The notes below the pieces were generated by a model that was not told the DNA's origin, searched no databases, and was given only the letters and a program-made list of their open reading frames with translations. From Saprospirales bacterium (lineage in GTDB: Bacteria > Bacteroidota > Bacteroidia > Chitinophagales > Saprospiraceae), in assembly GCA_031425155.1 (NCBI GenBank), contig JANPIV010000044.1, forward strand, positions 7,413-71,412: 64,000 nucleotides of DNA, given 5' to 3'. Made by a program: the position numbers and the translations under genes. Position 1 is the first letter of the stretch. The number at the start of each line of letters is the position of its first letter. Below, one piece after another: positions 29,277-37,670 of the stretch.

Positions 29277-29684
29277 ATGAAAAAATTCCTGATCAAAGGT
29301 TTTGTCGCCGGTGCTGTACTTTTGGCACTTAGTTATGCGGCCCTTTATTTGATTGTTGCCCTCTTTCCCAGTCTGGCGGAACAGTATTATGATCCGATGT
29401 TTTCCTTTGAAGGCAATAAGGAAATTGCTTATTTTCTGCATCCTTTTGTGCTTAGTTTTGCATTGGCGTGGTTCTGGCAGCGTTTCAAAAGCCTGTTTCA
29501 TGGCCCTTTCTGGTGGCGCGGCATGGAAATGGGCCTGATCTATGGCCTGGTCGCTACACTCCCGGCTATGTGGATCACTTTTAGCTCAATGGCTATTTCT
29601 TTTGGTCTGGTTTTCACCTGGCTGTTGTATGGTGTTTTTCAGGCTATGATCGGAGGCATTATTTTTGCCAAGATTAGTCCGTGA
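29277..29684 (+). CDS. Small integral membrane protein
   Basis: 135 aa with 4 predicted TM helices. Confidence 0.6.
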   Translation: MKKFLIKGFVAGAVLLALSYAALYLIVALFPSLAEQYYDPMFSFEGNKEIAYFLHPFVLSFALAWFWQRFKSLFHGPFWWRGMEMGLIYGLVATLPAMWITFSSMAISFGLVFTWLLYGVFQAMIGGIIFAKISP

Positions 29685-29704
29685 ACTAATTATTATAAAC
29701 ATAA

Positions 29705-29745
29705 AAGGGCACAAAGTTACATAGCGTAATTTTGTGCCCTTTTTG
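29705..29745 (+). terminator. Rho-independent terminator
   Basis: AAGGGCACAAA / TTTGTGCCCTT stem followed by a T-run. Confidence 0.8.
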
Positions 29746-29754
29746 TATATAGAA

Positions 29755-29894
29755 TTAATAACTGATGTGACGCACAGATTACAAAGCGACGTTTACGAAA
29801 CTTTTAAAAGCTTCGCAAACGAGTTGACGGTGTGGCGTTTACGAAACCTCCAAAGGTTTCGTAAACGTACTTCGTGTGTAACATCAGTTAATAA
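29755..29894 (-). mobile_element. MITE-like element M3 (inverted homologue of M1)
   Basis: TIRs at 29760-29775 and 29874-29889. The interior aligns to the reverse complement of M1 with a 25-nt indel. Confidence 0.6.
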
Positions 29895-29926
29895 ACTAGT
29901 TTTGCATCCTGTAAAATCTACCATCC

Positions 29927-30910
29927 ATGAAAATTCTCATTACTGGCAGCAGTGGCCATCTTGGCGAAGCATTGATCAGAACATTAAAAGCGGCCAATCA
30001 CGAAGTAGTAGGCATTGATTTATTGCCATCGCCGTTTACCGATCGCGTCGGCAGTATTGTAGATCGGGATTTTGTCCGTACTTGTATGCAGGGCGTAGAA
30101 GTCGTCATGCACACGGCTACGCTGCATAAGCCGCACGTGGCCACACACAGCCGCCAGCAATTTATTGATACTAATATCACCGGCACCCTTCATCTGTTAG
30201 AGGAAGCCGTTTTGGCGGGTACGCGCTGTTTTTTATTGACCAGCACCACCAGCACTTTTGGCGATGCCCTCGTACCTGCACCCGGCGAGCCAGCCGTGTG
30301 GATCACGGAAGAAGTGGTGCCTATTCCCAAAAATATTTACGGCGTAACCAAAACCGCTGCCGAAGATCTTTGCCAACTTTTCTACCGGAATCACGGTTTG
30401 CCCTGCCTCATTCTGCGCACCTCGCGTTTCTTTCCCGAAGACGACGACAACCGGGAGGTCCGGGAGGTTTTTGCCGATGAGAACGTCAAGATCAACGAGT
30501 TCTTGTACCGCCGCGTGGACGTGGAAGACGTCGTTTCGGCCCATTTGCGGGCGATGGAAAGAGCCACCGGCATTGGTTTTGCCAAATACATTATCAGTGC
30601 CACTACGCCGTTCGTGCCCGCTGATCTGGCACTGTTGCATCAGGATGCGCCGCAAGTGGTAAGACGGCTTTTTCCCGATTTTGAAGTCGAATATGCGCGG
30701 CGCGGATGGAAAATGTTTGCCGAAATCGGGCGGGTGTACGTGAATGAAAAGGCGCGTCGGGAACTCGGCTGGCAGCCAAAGTATGACTTCCAGTATGTGC
30801 TAAACCGCTTGCAATCAAACGAATACCCGCGCAGCCCACTATCCAGACAGGTGGGCGCAAAAGGTTATCACCGCGAAGTATTTTCGGAAGGACCGTATCC
30901 GGTCAACTAG
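29927..30910 (+). CDS. NAD-dependent epimerase/dehydratase (SDR family)
   Basis: N-terminal ILITGSSGHLG Rossmann motif. 327 aa. Confidence 0.85.
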   Translation: MKILITGSSGHLGEALIRTLKAANHEVVGIDLLPSPFTDRVGSIVDRDFVRTCMQGVEVVMHTATLHKPHVATHSRQQFIDTNITGTLHLLEEAVLAGTRCFLLTSTTSTFGDALVPAPGEPAVWITEEVVPIPKNIYGVTKTAAEDLCQLFYRNHGLPCLILRTSRFFPEDDDNREVREVFADENVKINEFLYRRVDVEDVVSAHLRAMERATGIGFAKYIISATTPFVPADLALLHQDAPQVVRRLFPDFEVEYARRGWKMFAEIGRVYVNEKARRELGWQPKYDFQYVLNRLQSNEYPRSPLSRQVGAKGYHREVFSEGPYPVN

Positions 30911-30914
30911 GTAT

Positions 30915-31346
30915 TCAGCGAGCCAAAAAAGACGATCCGTCTTTCACCTCTGCCGCCAGCAGGCCCAGGGTTTTCATGGTCAATGTCTGCAGCATTTCAT
31001 CGCGATAGACCACAAAATCGTGGTGTAAGGGACAAGGATGGAGGTTGTTGCAGAGCTTACTACCCAATACACACTCGTTAAAAATTGAATTCCCGTCCGT
31101 AATTTTCAGAATGTCCAGCAGCGGCGTTTCTGAGGTCCGGTCATTGACAAAAAAACCACCGCTCGGCCCTTTAGTGGAATCCAGAATACCCTGACGCACC
31201 AGGTCTTGCATGATTTTGCCCAAAAAATGACGTGGAATATCCAGGCTTTGCGAGATATCCTGCAAGCCTGTTTTTTTGCCGCTTTTCCCTTGCATAACTA
31301 CGAATACAGCGGCGCGAAGCGCATACCCAAATGTCTTAGAAAACAT
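30915..31346 (-). CDS. Rrf2-family transcriptional regulator with probable Fe-S ligands (NsrR/IscR-like)
   Basis: 143 aa. Rrf2 N-terminal wHTH. CVLGSKLCNNLHPCPLH cysteine/histidine cluster. Confidence 0.85.
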   Translation of the reverse strand: MFSKTFGYALRAAVFVVMQGKSGKKTGLQDISQSLDIPRHFLGKIMQDLVRQGILDSTKGPSGGFFVNDRTSETPLLDILKITDGNSIFNECVLGSKLCNNLHPCPLHHDFVVYRDEMLQTLTMKTLGLLAAEVKDGSSFLAR

Positions 31347-31382
31347 GTCGTAAATATAATACCAAAAACCAATACTGCTGGA

Positions 31383-31447
31383 TGATTAAAATCATTCGTC
31401 AGCATGACGTAAATCACTTTTTAGGTCTCCTAAGGTAAATACTTTTG
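31383..31447 (+). promoter_or_regulatory. Dual CRP/FNR-type box promoter in the Rrf2 divergent region
   Basis: Box1 TGATTAAAATCA at 31383, box2 TGACGTAAATCA at 31405, -7 TACTTTTG at 31440. Confidence 0.5.
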
Positions 31448-31482
31448 CTATTAAAGATGTAAAACTCTTAAATATTTTCTTT

Positions 31483-31680
31483 ATGTCGCTTACTATTTAT
31501 TCATTTACCATTGCCATGAATTCTTTATCCACTGACTTACCAGTTTCGCAGTTTGAAGTCGAAACACCCGAACTGACCGTTAGTTTGAGCAATCACTTAG
31601 ATTTTCGTAGTGAAAAATTTTGCTGCCAAAGTATCTTACATGACATTATAGATTTAATAAAACCAAGTTATTATTGGTAA
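31483..31680 (+). pseudogene. Truncated paralogue of the cupin gene at 37272-37658
   Basis: TDLPVSQ..LSNHLDFRSEKF parallels TDLPIAQ..LADQLDFRPEKF of the cupin. The beta-barrel part is missing. Confidence 0.45.
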
Positions 31681-31740
31681 AACAAGTATAAAATGATATT
31701 GGCTATCCTGTTTTAATCCGCTATTATCAGGCCTTCAACC

Positions 31741-31778
31741 TGAGCGGCTAACCAGTAAAAGTGCTGGTTAGCCGCTCA
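31741..31778 (+). terminator. 15-bp stem hairpin
   Basis: TGAGCGGCTAACCAG / CTGGTTAGCCGCTCA followed by a T-rich tail. Confidence 0.5.
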
Positions 31779-31795
31779 TTATTATGTTTGCTATA

Positions 31796-31865
31796 GCACA
31801 CCTAAAACTCATCTACTTCTGGATAACCATTCGTATTTTTCAATTTAAATTTCCGGAACTGCCCT
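31796..31865 (-). pseudogene. Remnant of a paralogue of the 3' end of gene 40211-40996
   Basis: 64/70 nt identical to 40301-40370. Translates GQFRKFKLKNTNGYPEVDEF*VC versus GQLRKFKLKNTNGYPELDEFQVC. Confidence 0.8.
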
Positions 31866-31929
31866 GATGCAAATCAATGTCTTATATGACGCTGGTCATT
31901 CTTCCGAATATTTGGCTTTGGCACCTTTG
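31865..31929 (+). promoter_or_regulatory. Dual CRP/FNR-type box promoter of the nos operon
   Basis: Box1 TGATGCAAATCA at 31865, box2 TGACGCTGGTCA at 31887, -7 CACCTTTG at 31922. Confidence 0.55.
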
Positions 31930-32100
31930 TGTCTAAAATAACTCGGAACACGATTCATCTGCATCATCAAAAGCAATACTGCATATCCGGCAATCTGCCG
32001 GAAATGTCAGCGGGGTGGGGGTATAGTCGTTAATAGTTTTGTCAATAAAAAGAGTTTAAACTCTTTAAATATTTTTTTCATCGTCAACATCTACTCCGCT

Positions 32101-32568
32101 ATGTTCGGAAAAACAACTTTTCTTATTGCCCTGCTGCTCAGTGTAGCATTTGCCTGCACCTCCAAAAAGGAAGCCGACAATTCTGCCAAAAACTCGCCTT
32201 CTCCATCGGACATCGCCGCCACACAGCCCGAAACGCATGGCACCGAGGTCAAAACCATCGAGCTCGGCACCCCGCTCAATAAAGACTGGGTAACCGCTGG
32301 TCAAGGCACCTACGATCTCAAATGCTCGGCCTGCCACAAACTCACCGACGAAAAATTGGTCGGTCCCGGCTGGAAAGGCGTCACCCAACGCCGCGAGCCG
32401 GTCTGGATCATGAACATGATCACCAACGTGGACATGATGCTGGAAAAAGACCCCGAAGCCCAGAAGCTCCTCGAGCAATGTCTCGTGCGAATGCCCAACC
32501 AGAACGTGAGCCAGGAAGATGCCCGTAAGCTCATCGAGTTCATGCGCTCCAACGACGGGGCAAAGTAA
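32101..32568 (+). CDS. Lipoprotein-type mono-heme c-type cytochrome (probable electron donor to NosZ)
   Basis: 155 aa. Signal/lipobox and CSACH heme motif. Immediately upstream of nosZ. Confidence 0.85.
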   Translation: MFGKTTFLIALLLSVAFACTSKKEADNSAKNSPSPSDIAATQPETHGTEVKTIELGTPLNKDWVTAGQGTYDLKCSACHKLTDEKLVGPGWKGVTQRREPVWIMNMITNVDMMLEKDPEAQKLLEQCLVRMPNQNVSQEDARKLIEFMRSNDGAK

Positions 32569-32643
32569 ACGGCTACACGGTGGACGGTAAACGATCCTGC
32601 CACGCCACTGTAAGCCGTAATTGTTTCAAAATCAACCTTTATT

Positions 32644-34644
32644 ATGAAATACAGATCTTTATTGCTCCTCATAGTGGCCGCTATCGCGCTACCCACACTG
32701 CTGCTTCATTCCGGTTGCAAACCCCATAACCCGGTCACGGCCGTGGAGGGAGACGCCGCCCAAAAAGTTTACGTTGCCCCCGGCAAATACGACGAGTTCT
32801 ACAACATCGTGTCCGGTGGCTTCAACGGTCAGGTTGCTGTGTATGGCATCCCGTCCGGTCGTCTGCTGCGTATCATTCCCGTCTTCTCTCTGAACCCCGA
32901 AAGCGGCTGGGGATTCAGTGAAGAGACCAAACCGATGCTTAACACTTCCCACGGCCCCGTGCCATGGGACGATTCGCACCACATTGCCCTGTCCACCACC
33001 AACGGCGAGCACGATGGCCGCTGGGCTTTCGTCAATGGCAACAATACGCCGCGCATCGCCCGCATCAACCTGCGTACTTTCCGCACCGAGGAAATCATCG
33101 AAATTCCCAACAGCTCCGGCAACCACTCCTCGCCGTTCCTGACGGAGAACTCGGAGTACGCCATCGCCGGTACCCGCTTCAGCTATCCGCTGGACGACGA
33201 CGGCTCCAACCCTGACGTGGCTATCGGCAGCTACAAGCAAAACTTCAAAGGCACCGTCTCTTTTATCGGTATCAACCCGGAAAGTGGCCGCATGGGCATT
33301 AGTTTCCAGGTGCTCACACCCGGCGTAAACTTCGACCTCAGCCGCGGTGGTCGTGGCCCCTCGCACGACTGGTTTTTCTTCTCCTGCTACAACACCGAAC
33401 AGGCCAACACCCTGCTTGAAGTGAACGCTTCGCAAAAGGACAAGGACTTCATCATGGCCCTCAACTGGAAGAAATGCGAGGAGTACGTGAAGGCCGGCAA
33501 AGGCAGAAAATCGAAGGTCCGCTACGCCCACAACGTATATGACGATAAAACGCATACCGGCACTTCGACTATCGAGACCGAGACGATCGTGCTCGACCCG
33601 AAGGAACTGAAAGACATCGTTTATTTCATGCCCTGCCCGAAATCGCCGCACGGCTGCGACGTGGACCCAACCGGCGAATACATCTGCGGCTCCGGCAAAC
33701 TGGCCGCCATGATTCCGGTATTTTCTTTCTCCAAAATCCAGAAAGCCATCGCCGATAAAAGCTTCGAAGGGGAATTCGATGGCATCCCGGTGCTGAAATA
33801 CGACGCGGTGCTGCATGGCGAGGTGAAAAAACCCGGCCTTGGCCCCTTGCACACCGAATTTGACGGCAAAGGCTTTGCCTACACCTCGTTTTTCGTGTCC
33901 TCCGAGATCGTGAAGTGGAACATCGAAAAACTCGAAGTCGTGGATCGGGTGCCGACCTACTATTCTATTGGCCACCTCAGCATCCCCGGCGGCCCGACCA
34001 GCAAACCGCATGGCAAGTACGTCATCGCTTACAACAAGATCACTAAAGATCGCTACCTGCCGACCGGACCGGAACTCACCCAATCCGCCCAGTTGTACGA
34101 CATCACTGGCGACAAGATGAAACTGCTGCTCGACTTCCCGACCACCGGCGAGCCGCACTACGCCGAGGCCATTCCCGCCAGCATGGTATCGCCCAAGTCG
34201 GTGAAAATCTTCAAAATCGAAGAGAATCAACACCCTTACGTTGCCAAAGGCGAAAAGGAGGCCAAGGTGTTCCGCGAAGGCAATAAAGTCCACGTGAACA
34301 TGACCACCATCCGCTCGCACTTTGTACCCGACAACATCGAGGGCGTGAAACTCGGCGACGAGGTGTACTTCCACGTCACCAACCTGGAGCAGGACTGGGA
34401 CGTGCCGCACGGCTTCGCCGTGAAAGGCGCCAACAACGCCGAAATCCTGGTCATGCCCGGCGAGACCTGCACCCTCAAATGGGTGCCCGACCGGATCGGC
34501 GTCGTGGCTTTCTACTGCACCGACTTCTGCTCGGCGCTGCACCAGGAAATGCAGGGCTACATACGGGTATCGCCGCGCGGCTCCAATGTGCCGATTTCAT
34601 TCAGCACGGGCAATAAGACGGAACCGACGGGAGCAACTAAGTAA
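32644..34644 (+). CDS. nosZ: Nitrous-oxide reductase, Sec-dependent clade II type
   Basis: 666 aa. No twin-arginine motif, lipoprotein-like signal (LLLHSGC). CuA motif CTDFCSALHQEM. Confidence 0.95.
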   Translation: MKYRSLLLLIVAAIALPTLLLHSGCKPHNPVTAVEGDAAQKVYVAPGKYDEFYNIVSGGFNGQVAVYGIPSGRLLRIIPVFSLNPESGWGFSEETKPMLNTSHGPVPWDDSHHIALSTTNGEHDGRWAFVNGNNTPRIARINLRTFRTEEIIEIPNSSGNHSSPFLTENSEYAIAGTRFSYPLDDDGSNPDVAIGSYKQNFKGTVSFIGINPESGRMGISFQVLTPGVNFDLSRGGRGPSHDWFFFSCYNTEQANTLLEVNASQKDKDFIMALNWKKCEEYVKAGKGRKSKVRYAHNVYDDKTHTGTSTIETETIVLDPKELKDIVYFMPCPKSPHGCDVDPTGEYICGSGKLAAMIPVFSFSKIQKAIADKSFEGEFDGIPVLKYDAVLHGEVKKPGLGPLHTEFDGKGFAYTSFFVSSEIVKWNIEKLEVVDRVPTYYSIGHLSIPGGPTSKPHGKYVIAYNKITKDRYLPTGPELTQSAQLYDITGDKMKLLLDFPTTGEPHYAEAIPASMVSPKSVKIFKIEENQHPYVAKGEKEAKVFREGNKVHVNMTTIRSHFVPDNIEGVKLGDEVYFHVTNLEQDWDVPHGFAVKGANNAEILVMPGETCTLKWVPDRIGVVAFYCTDFCSALHQEMQGYIRVSPRGSNVPISFSTGNKTEPTGATK

Positions 34645-34646
34645 TT

Positions 34647-34728
34647 GGTTGATAATGATTTATAAGGGTTGATAAGGGTTTATAAACGCTTATCAACCTT
34701 TATAAACCCTCATCAACCTTCATCAACC
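34647..34728. repeat. Hairpin built from GGTTGATAA-type tandem units between nosZ and nosL
   Basis: 34667-34686 pairs with 34699-34718 (19/20). Outer partial pairing 34647-34656 with 34719-34728. Confidence 0.6.
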
Positions 34729-34735
34729 ACTCCAC

Positions 34736-35770
34736 ATGACACTCAGCAAAACAACCCGCATTCTCCTCGGCGTGGCCAGCCTGTTGCTCCTCATCACCTA
34801 CTTTGTACCGCTGTGGCAAATCCTGCTCTGGGCACCGCAGTACCCGGAAGGCCTGACCATGAAAATCTGGATGACCAAATTGAGCGGCGAGGTAGACATC
34901 ATCAACGGCCTCAACCATTACATCGGCATGAAGCATATCAGCGCCGAGATGTTCCCGGAATTCCAGTTTCTGGGCATTCTGGTGGGCTTCCTGATCGCCG
35001 TCGGACTAGCGGCAGCCGTGTTGGGCAGCCCGCGTATCCTGTTCTTCTTCACGCTGCTCTCCTACGTGTACGGTGTGGCGGCGATGTGGGACTTCTGGCG
35101 CTGGGGTTACGAATACGGCCATAATCTCGACCCGAAGGCCGCCATCATCGTGCCGGATATGTCTTACCAGCCGCCGCTGATCGGGTACAAGAACCTGCTC
35201 AATTTCACGTCGTATTCCGGTCCCGACACGGGGGCCTGGGTCATCATCGGGGTGTGCCTGCTGGCCACCGTGCTGTGGTGGTGGGAGTTTTTTAAAAACC
35301 GAAAAAAGCGGCGGACGGAAGGCTCCGTAGTCGGCAAAACGGGAGTTGCTGTGGCTGCTGTCATGCTGGCCCTTTGCTCCTCCTGCACTACCGGCCCGGA
35401 GCCCATCCGCTATGGGCAGGACAATTGCCAGCACTGCCAGATGACGCTTATGGACAAGCGGTTCGGGGCGGAAATCGTGACCGACAAGGGCAAAGTGTAC
35501 AAGTTCGACGACCTGAACTGCTTAGTCAGTTTTATGAAAGCAGGCACTGTGCCGGAAACTAGCATGGCTCAAATCTTAGCGGTGGATTTCCGGAAAACAG
35601 GTTCGTTCGTGGATGTGCAGCAGGCCTTTTTCCTGCAAAACGAAGCCATCAAAAGCCCGATGCGCGGCGACGTGGCGAGTTTTTCTAACCAGCAGGACCT
35701 GAACGCGGTGAAGGCCGACGTGGGCGGCGGGAAGGAGATAGGTTGGGAAGAGGTGAAGGCCAGATGGTAA
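34736..35770 (+). CDS. nosL: Fusion of a multi-TM domain with a NosL-like copper chaperone domain
   Basis: N-terminal ~200 aa with several TM helices. C-terminal lipobox-like CSSC and NosL-like YGQDNCQHCQM..KFDD. Confidence 0.75.
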   Translation: MTLSKTTRILLGVASLLLLITYFVPLWQILLWAPQYPEGLTMKIWMTKLSGEVDIINGLNHYIGMKHISAEMFPEFQFLGILVGFLIAVGLAAAVLGSPRILFFFTLLSYVYGVAAMWDFWRWGYEYGHNLDPKAAIIVPDMSYQPPLIGYKNLLNFTSYSGPDTGAWVIIGVCLLATVLWWWEFFKNRKKRRTEGSVVGKTGVAVAAVMLALCSSCTTGPEPIRYGQDNCQHCQMTLMDKRFGAEIVTDKGKVYKFDDLNCLVSFMKAGTVPETSMAQILAVDFRKTGSFVDVQQAFFLQNEAIKSPMRGDVASFSNQQDLNAVKADVGGGKEIGWEEVKARW

Positions 35771-35807
35771 TTAAATTAAGCCTTTGGGCAAAAACCGAGC
35801 GCGGCTA

Positions 35808-35948
35808 CCTCCCCCGGCCTACGGCCACCCCCTCCAAAGGGGGATACCGAGCGCGATGCCGCCACGCTCTTCATGGCCAAGATCGCAAACCGATGCCATG
35901 CCCGGAGCGTATCCCCCTTCGGAGGGGGTGGCCGAAGGCCGGGGGAGG
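35808..35948. repeat. 141-bp inverted-repeat element (37-nt arms)
   Basis: 35808-35844 and 35912-35948 are inverted complements (35/37). Each arm also contains a CCCCC..GGGGG mini-hairpin. Confidence 0.8.
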
Positions 35949-36010
35949 AGTGCTCTATGGAGGATATAATTGAAAAAGTCGCAGAACTTTAATTTACGCA
36001 AACAAATATC

Positions 36011-37282
36011 ATGTCGCATAAGTATTTGAATATCACAGTATTGCTTTTGCTGTTTGCCTTAAATCTCTCCGCAGCCACCCACCACGTCGGCAATGGCCAG
36101 CCCCACGTCACCATTCGCCAAGCATTGTCTAAAGCCCAATCCGGTGACACTATTTGCGTCCATGAGGGTACCTACGCCGAGGGCAACCTGACCATAGACA
36201 AAGCCCTGACGCTTATCGGCATCGGCTATCCGGTGCTGGATGGACAGCACCAGTGCGAAATGATCACCGTGACGGCTTCCGACGTGTGCATCCGGGGCTT
36301 CGAGCTGCACAACAGCGGACAGCTCAGTACGCTCGACATAGCGGGCATTAAAGTGCTCTCCGCCAACCGCGTGGTGCTGGAAGACAACTGGCTGCGCGAT
36401 TGCAATTTCGGCATTTACCTCTCCGACGCCAACGATTGCCAGGTGGTGCGCAACGACATCCAGGGCATCATCAAGGAAGAGCAGAACAGTGGCAACGGCA
36501 TTCACCTGTGGAAGTGCGCGCGGGTGCTGGTGGAATGGAATCACCTGACTGGCCACCGCGACGGCATCTATTTCGAGTTTGTGACCGACTCCGAAATCCG
36601 CTATAACGAAAGCGAACAAAACCTGCGCTACGGCTTGCATTTTATGTTTTCCCACCACGACTACTACCACCACAACCAGTTCCACCACAACGGCGCGGGT
36701 GTGGCGGTGATGTACTCGCGACAAGTTGAAATGACGCAGAACGAATTTGGTTACAATTGGGGCGGCAGTGCTTATGGCCTGCTACTCAAGGACATTTCGG
36801 ACAGCCATATCTGGAAAAACACCTTCGAGCATAATTCGGCGGCCGTGTACATGGAAGGAGCCAGCCGCATTATCCTGGAACAAAACCAGTTTCGTGAAAA
36901 CGGCTGGGCCCTGCGGGTGCAGGCCAGCTGCGATGCCAACGTAATCCGCCAAAACAACTTTTTCGGCAACTCCTTCGATGTGTCCACCAACGGCAGCCTG
37001 GTACTCAACACTTTCGACGGCAACTACTGGGACCGCTACGAGGGCTACGACCTCCACCGCGATGGCGTGGGCGACGTACCCTTCCGCCCGGTCTGCCTCT
37101 ATGCCGTGGTGGTAGAGCGGATGCCCTATGGCCTCATGCTAATGCGCAGCCTGATGGTGTATCTGATGGACAAAGCGGAGAAAATCATCCCCTCGCTCAC
37201 GCCGGAACAACTCATGGACGCAAAACCGGCGATGCAACCTTTAACAATGAATGATGAATTAATAAGAAGGAATGCCACTTGA
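36011..37282 (+). CDS. nosD: Nitrous-oxide reductase maturation protein NosD (parallel beta-helix)
   Basis: 423 aa. Signal peptide and repeated right-handed beta-helix units. Confidence 0.9.
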   Translation: MSHKYLNITVLLLLFALNLSAATHHVGNGQPHVTIRQALSKAQSGDTICVHEGTYAEGNLTIDKALTLIGIGYPVLDGQHQCEMITVTASDVCIRGFELHNSGQLSTLDIAGIKVLSANRVVLEDNWLRDCNFGIYLSDANDCQVVRNDIQGIIKEEQNSGNGIHLWKCARVLVEWNHLTGHRDGIYFEFVTDSEIRYNESEQNLRYGLHFMFSHHDYYHHNQFHHNGAGVAVMYSRQVEMTQNEFGYNWGGSAYGLLLKDISDSHIWKNTFEHNSAAVYMEGASRIILEQNQFRENGWALRVQASCDANVIRQNNFFGNSFDVSTNGSLVLNTFDGNYWDRYEGYDLHRDGVGDVPFRPVCLYAVVVERMPYGLMLMRSLMVYLMDKAEKIIPSLTPEQLMDAKPAMQPLTMNDELIRRNAT

Positions 37283-37658
37283 TAGCTTTTATTCTAAAAA
37301 AAATATGATCATGCCTACTGATTTGCCCATTGCACAGTCCGTACCTAATGACCACGGCTTCGCTATCGCGCTGGCTGACCAGCTGGATTTTCGTCCCGAA
37401 AAATTCAACAGCAAAGTGCTGTTCCGCGAGGCGGGTTTTAGCCTCATCCTGTTCGCTTTATTGAAAGACCAGGTAATTCCGGCGCATAAAACGCCGCATA
37501 ATGCCTACCTGCAATGTCTTGAAGGTGAGGCGACCGTGGCCATTGGCGACGTGGAATATCCCCTGCAACAAGGCGAAATCATCCTGCTGCCCAAGGAAAT
37601 CTTGCACGGTATCGTAGCTTTGAAAGACACCAAACTATTGCTGATAAAACAGCAATAA
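37272..37658 (+). CDS. Cupin-domain protein
   Basis: C-terminal cupin barrel (..HKTPHNAYLQCLEGEA..LLPKEILHG). The start may be 37305 or 37311. Confidence 0.7.
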   Translation: MPLDSFYSKKNMIMPTDLPIAQSVPNDHGFAIALADQLDFRPEKFNSKVLFREAGFSLILFALLKDQVIPAHKTPHNAYLQCLEGEATVAIGDVEYPLQQGEIILLPKEILHGIVALKDTKLLLIKQQ

Positions 37659-37670
37659 AACCGCCAGGCA

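Noticed and set aside
32689-34542. 617-aa ORF antisense to nosZ, plus several shorter overlapping ORFs
   Set aside because: The nosZ frame carries the signal peptide and CuA motif. The antisense product is rich in G, A, V, R and H with no motifs, which is typical of open antisense frames in GC3-biased genes.
35743-36019. Short ORFs (61-76 aa) on both strands between nosL and nosD
   Set aside because: They lie wholly within the inverted-repeat element, and their Pro/Gly/Arg-rich sequences mirror the palindrome.
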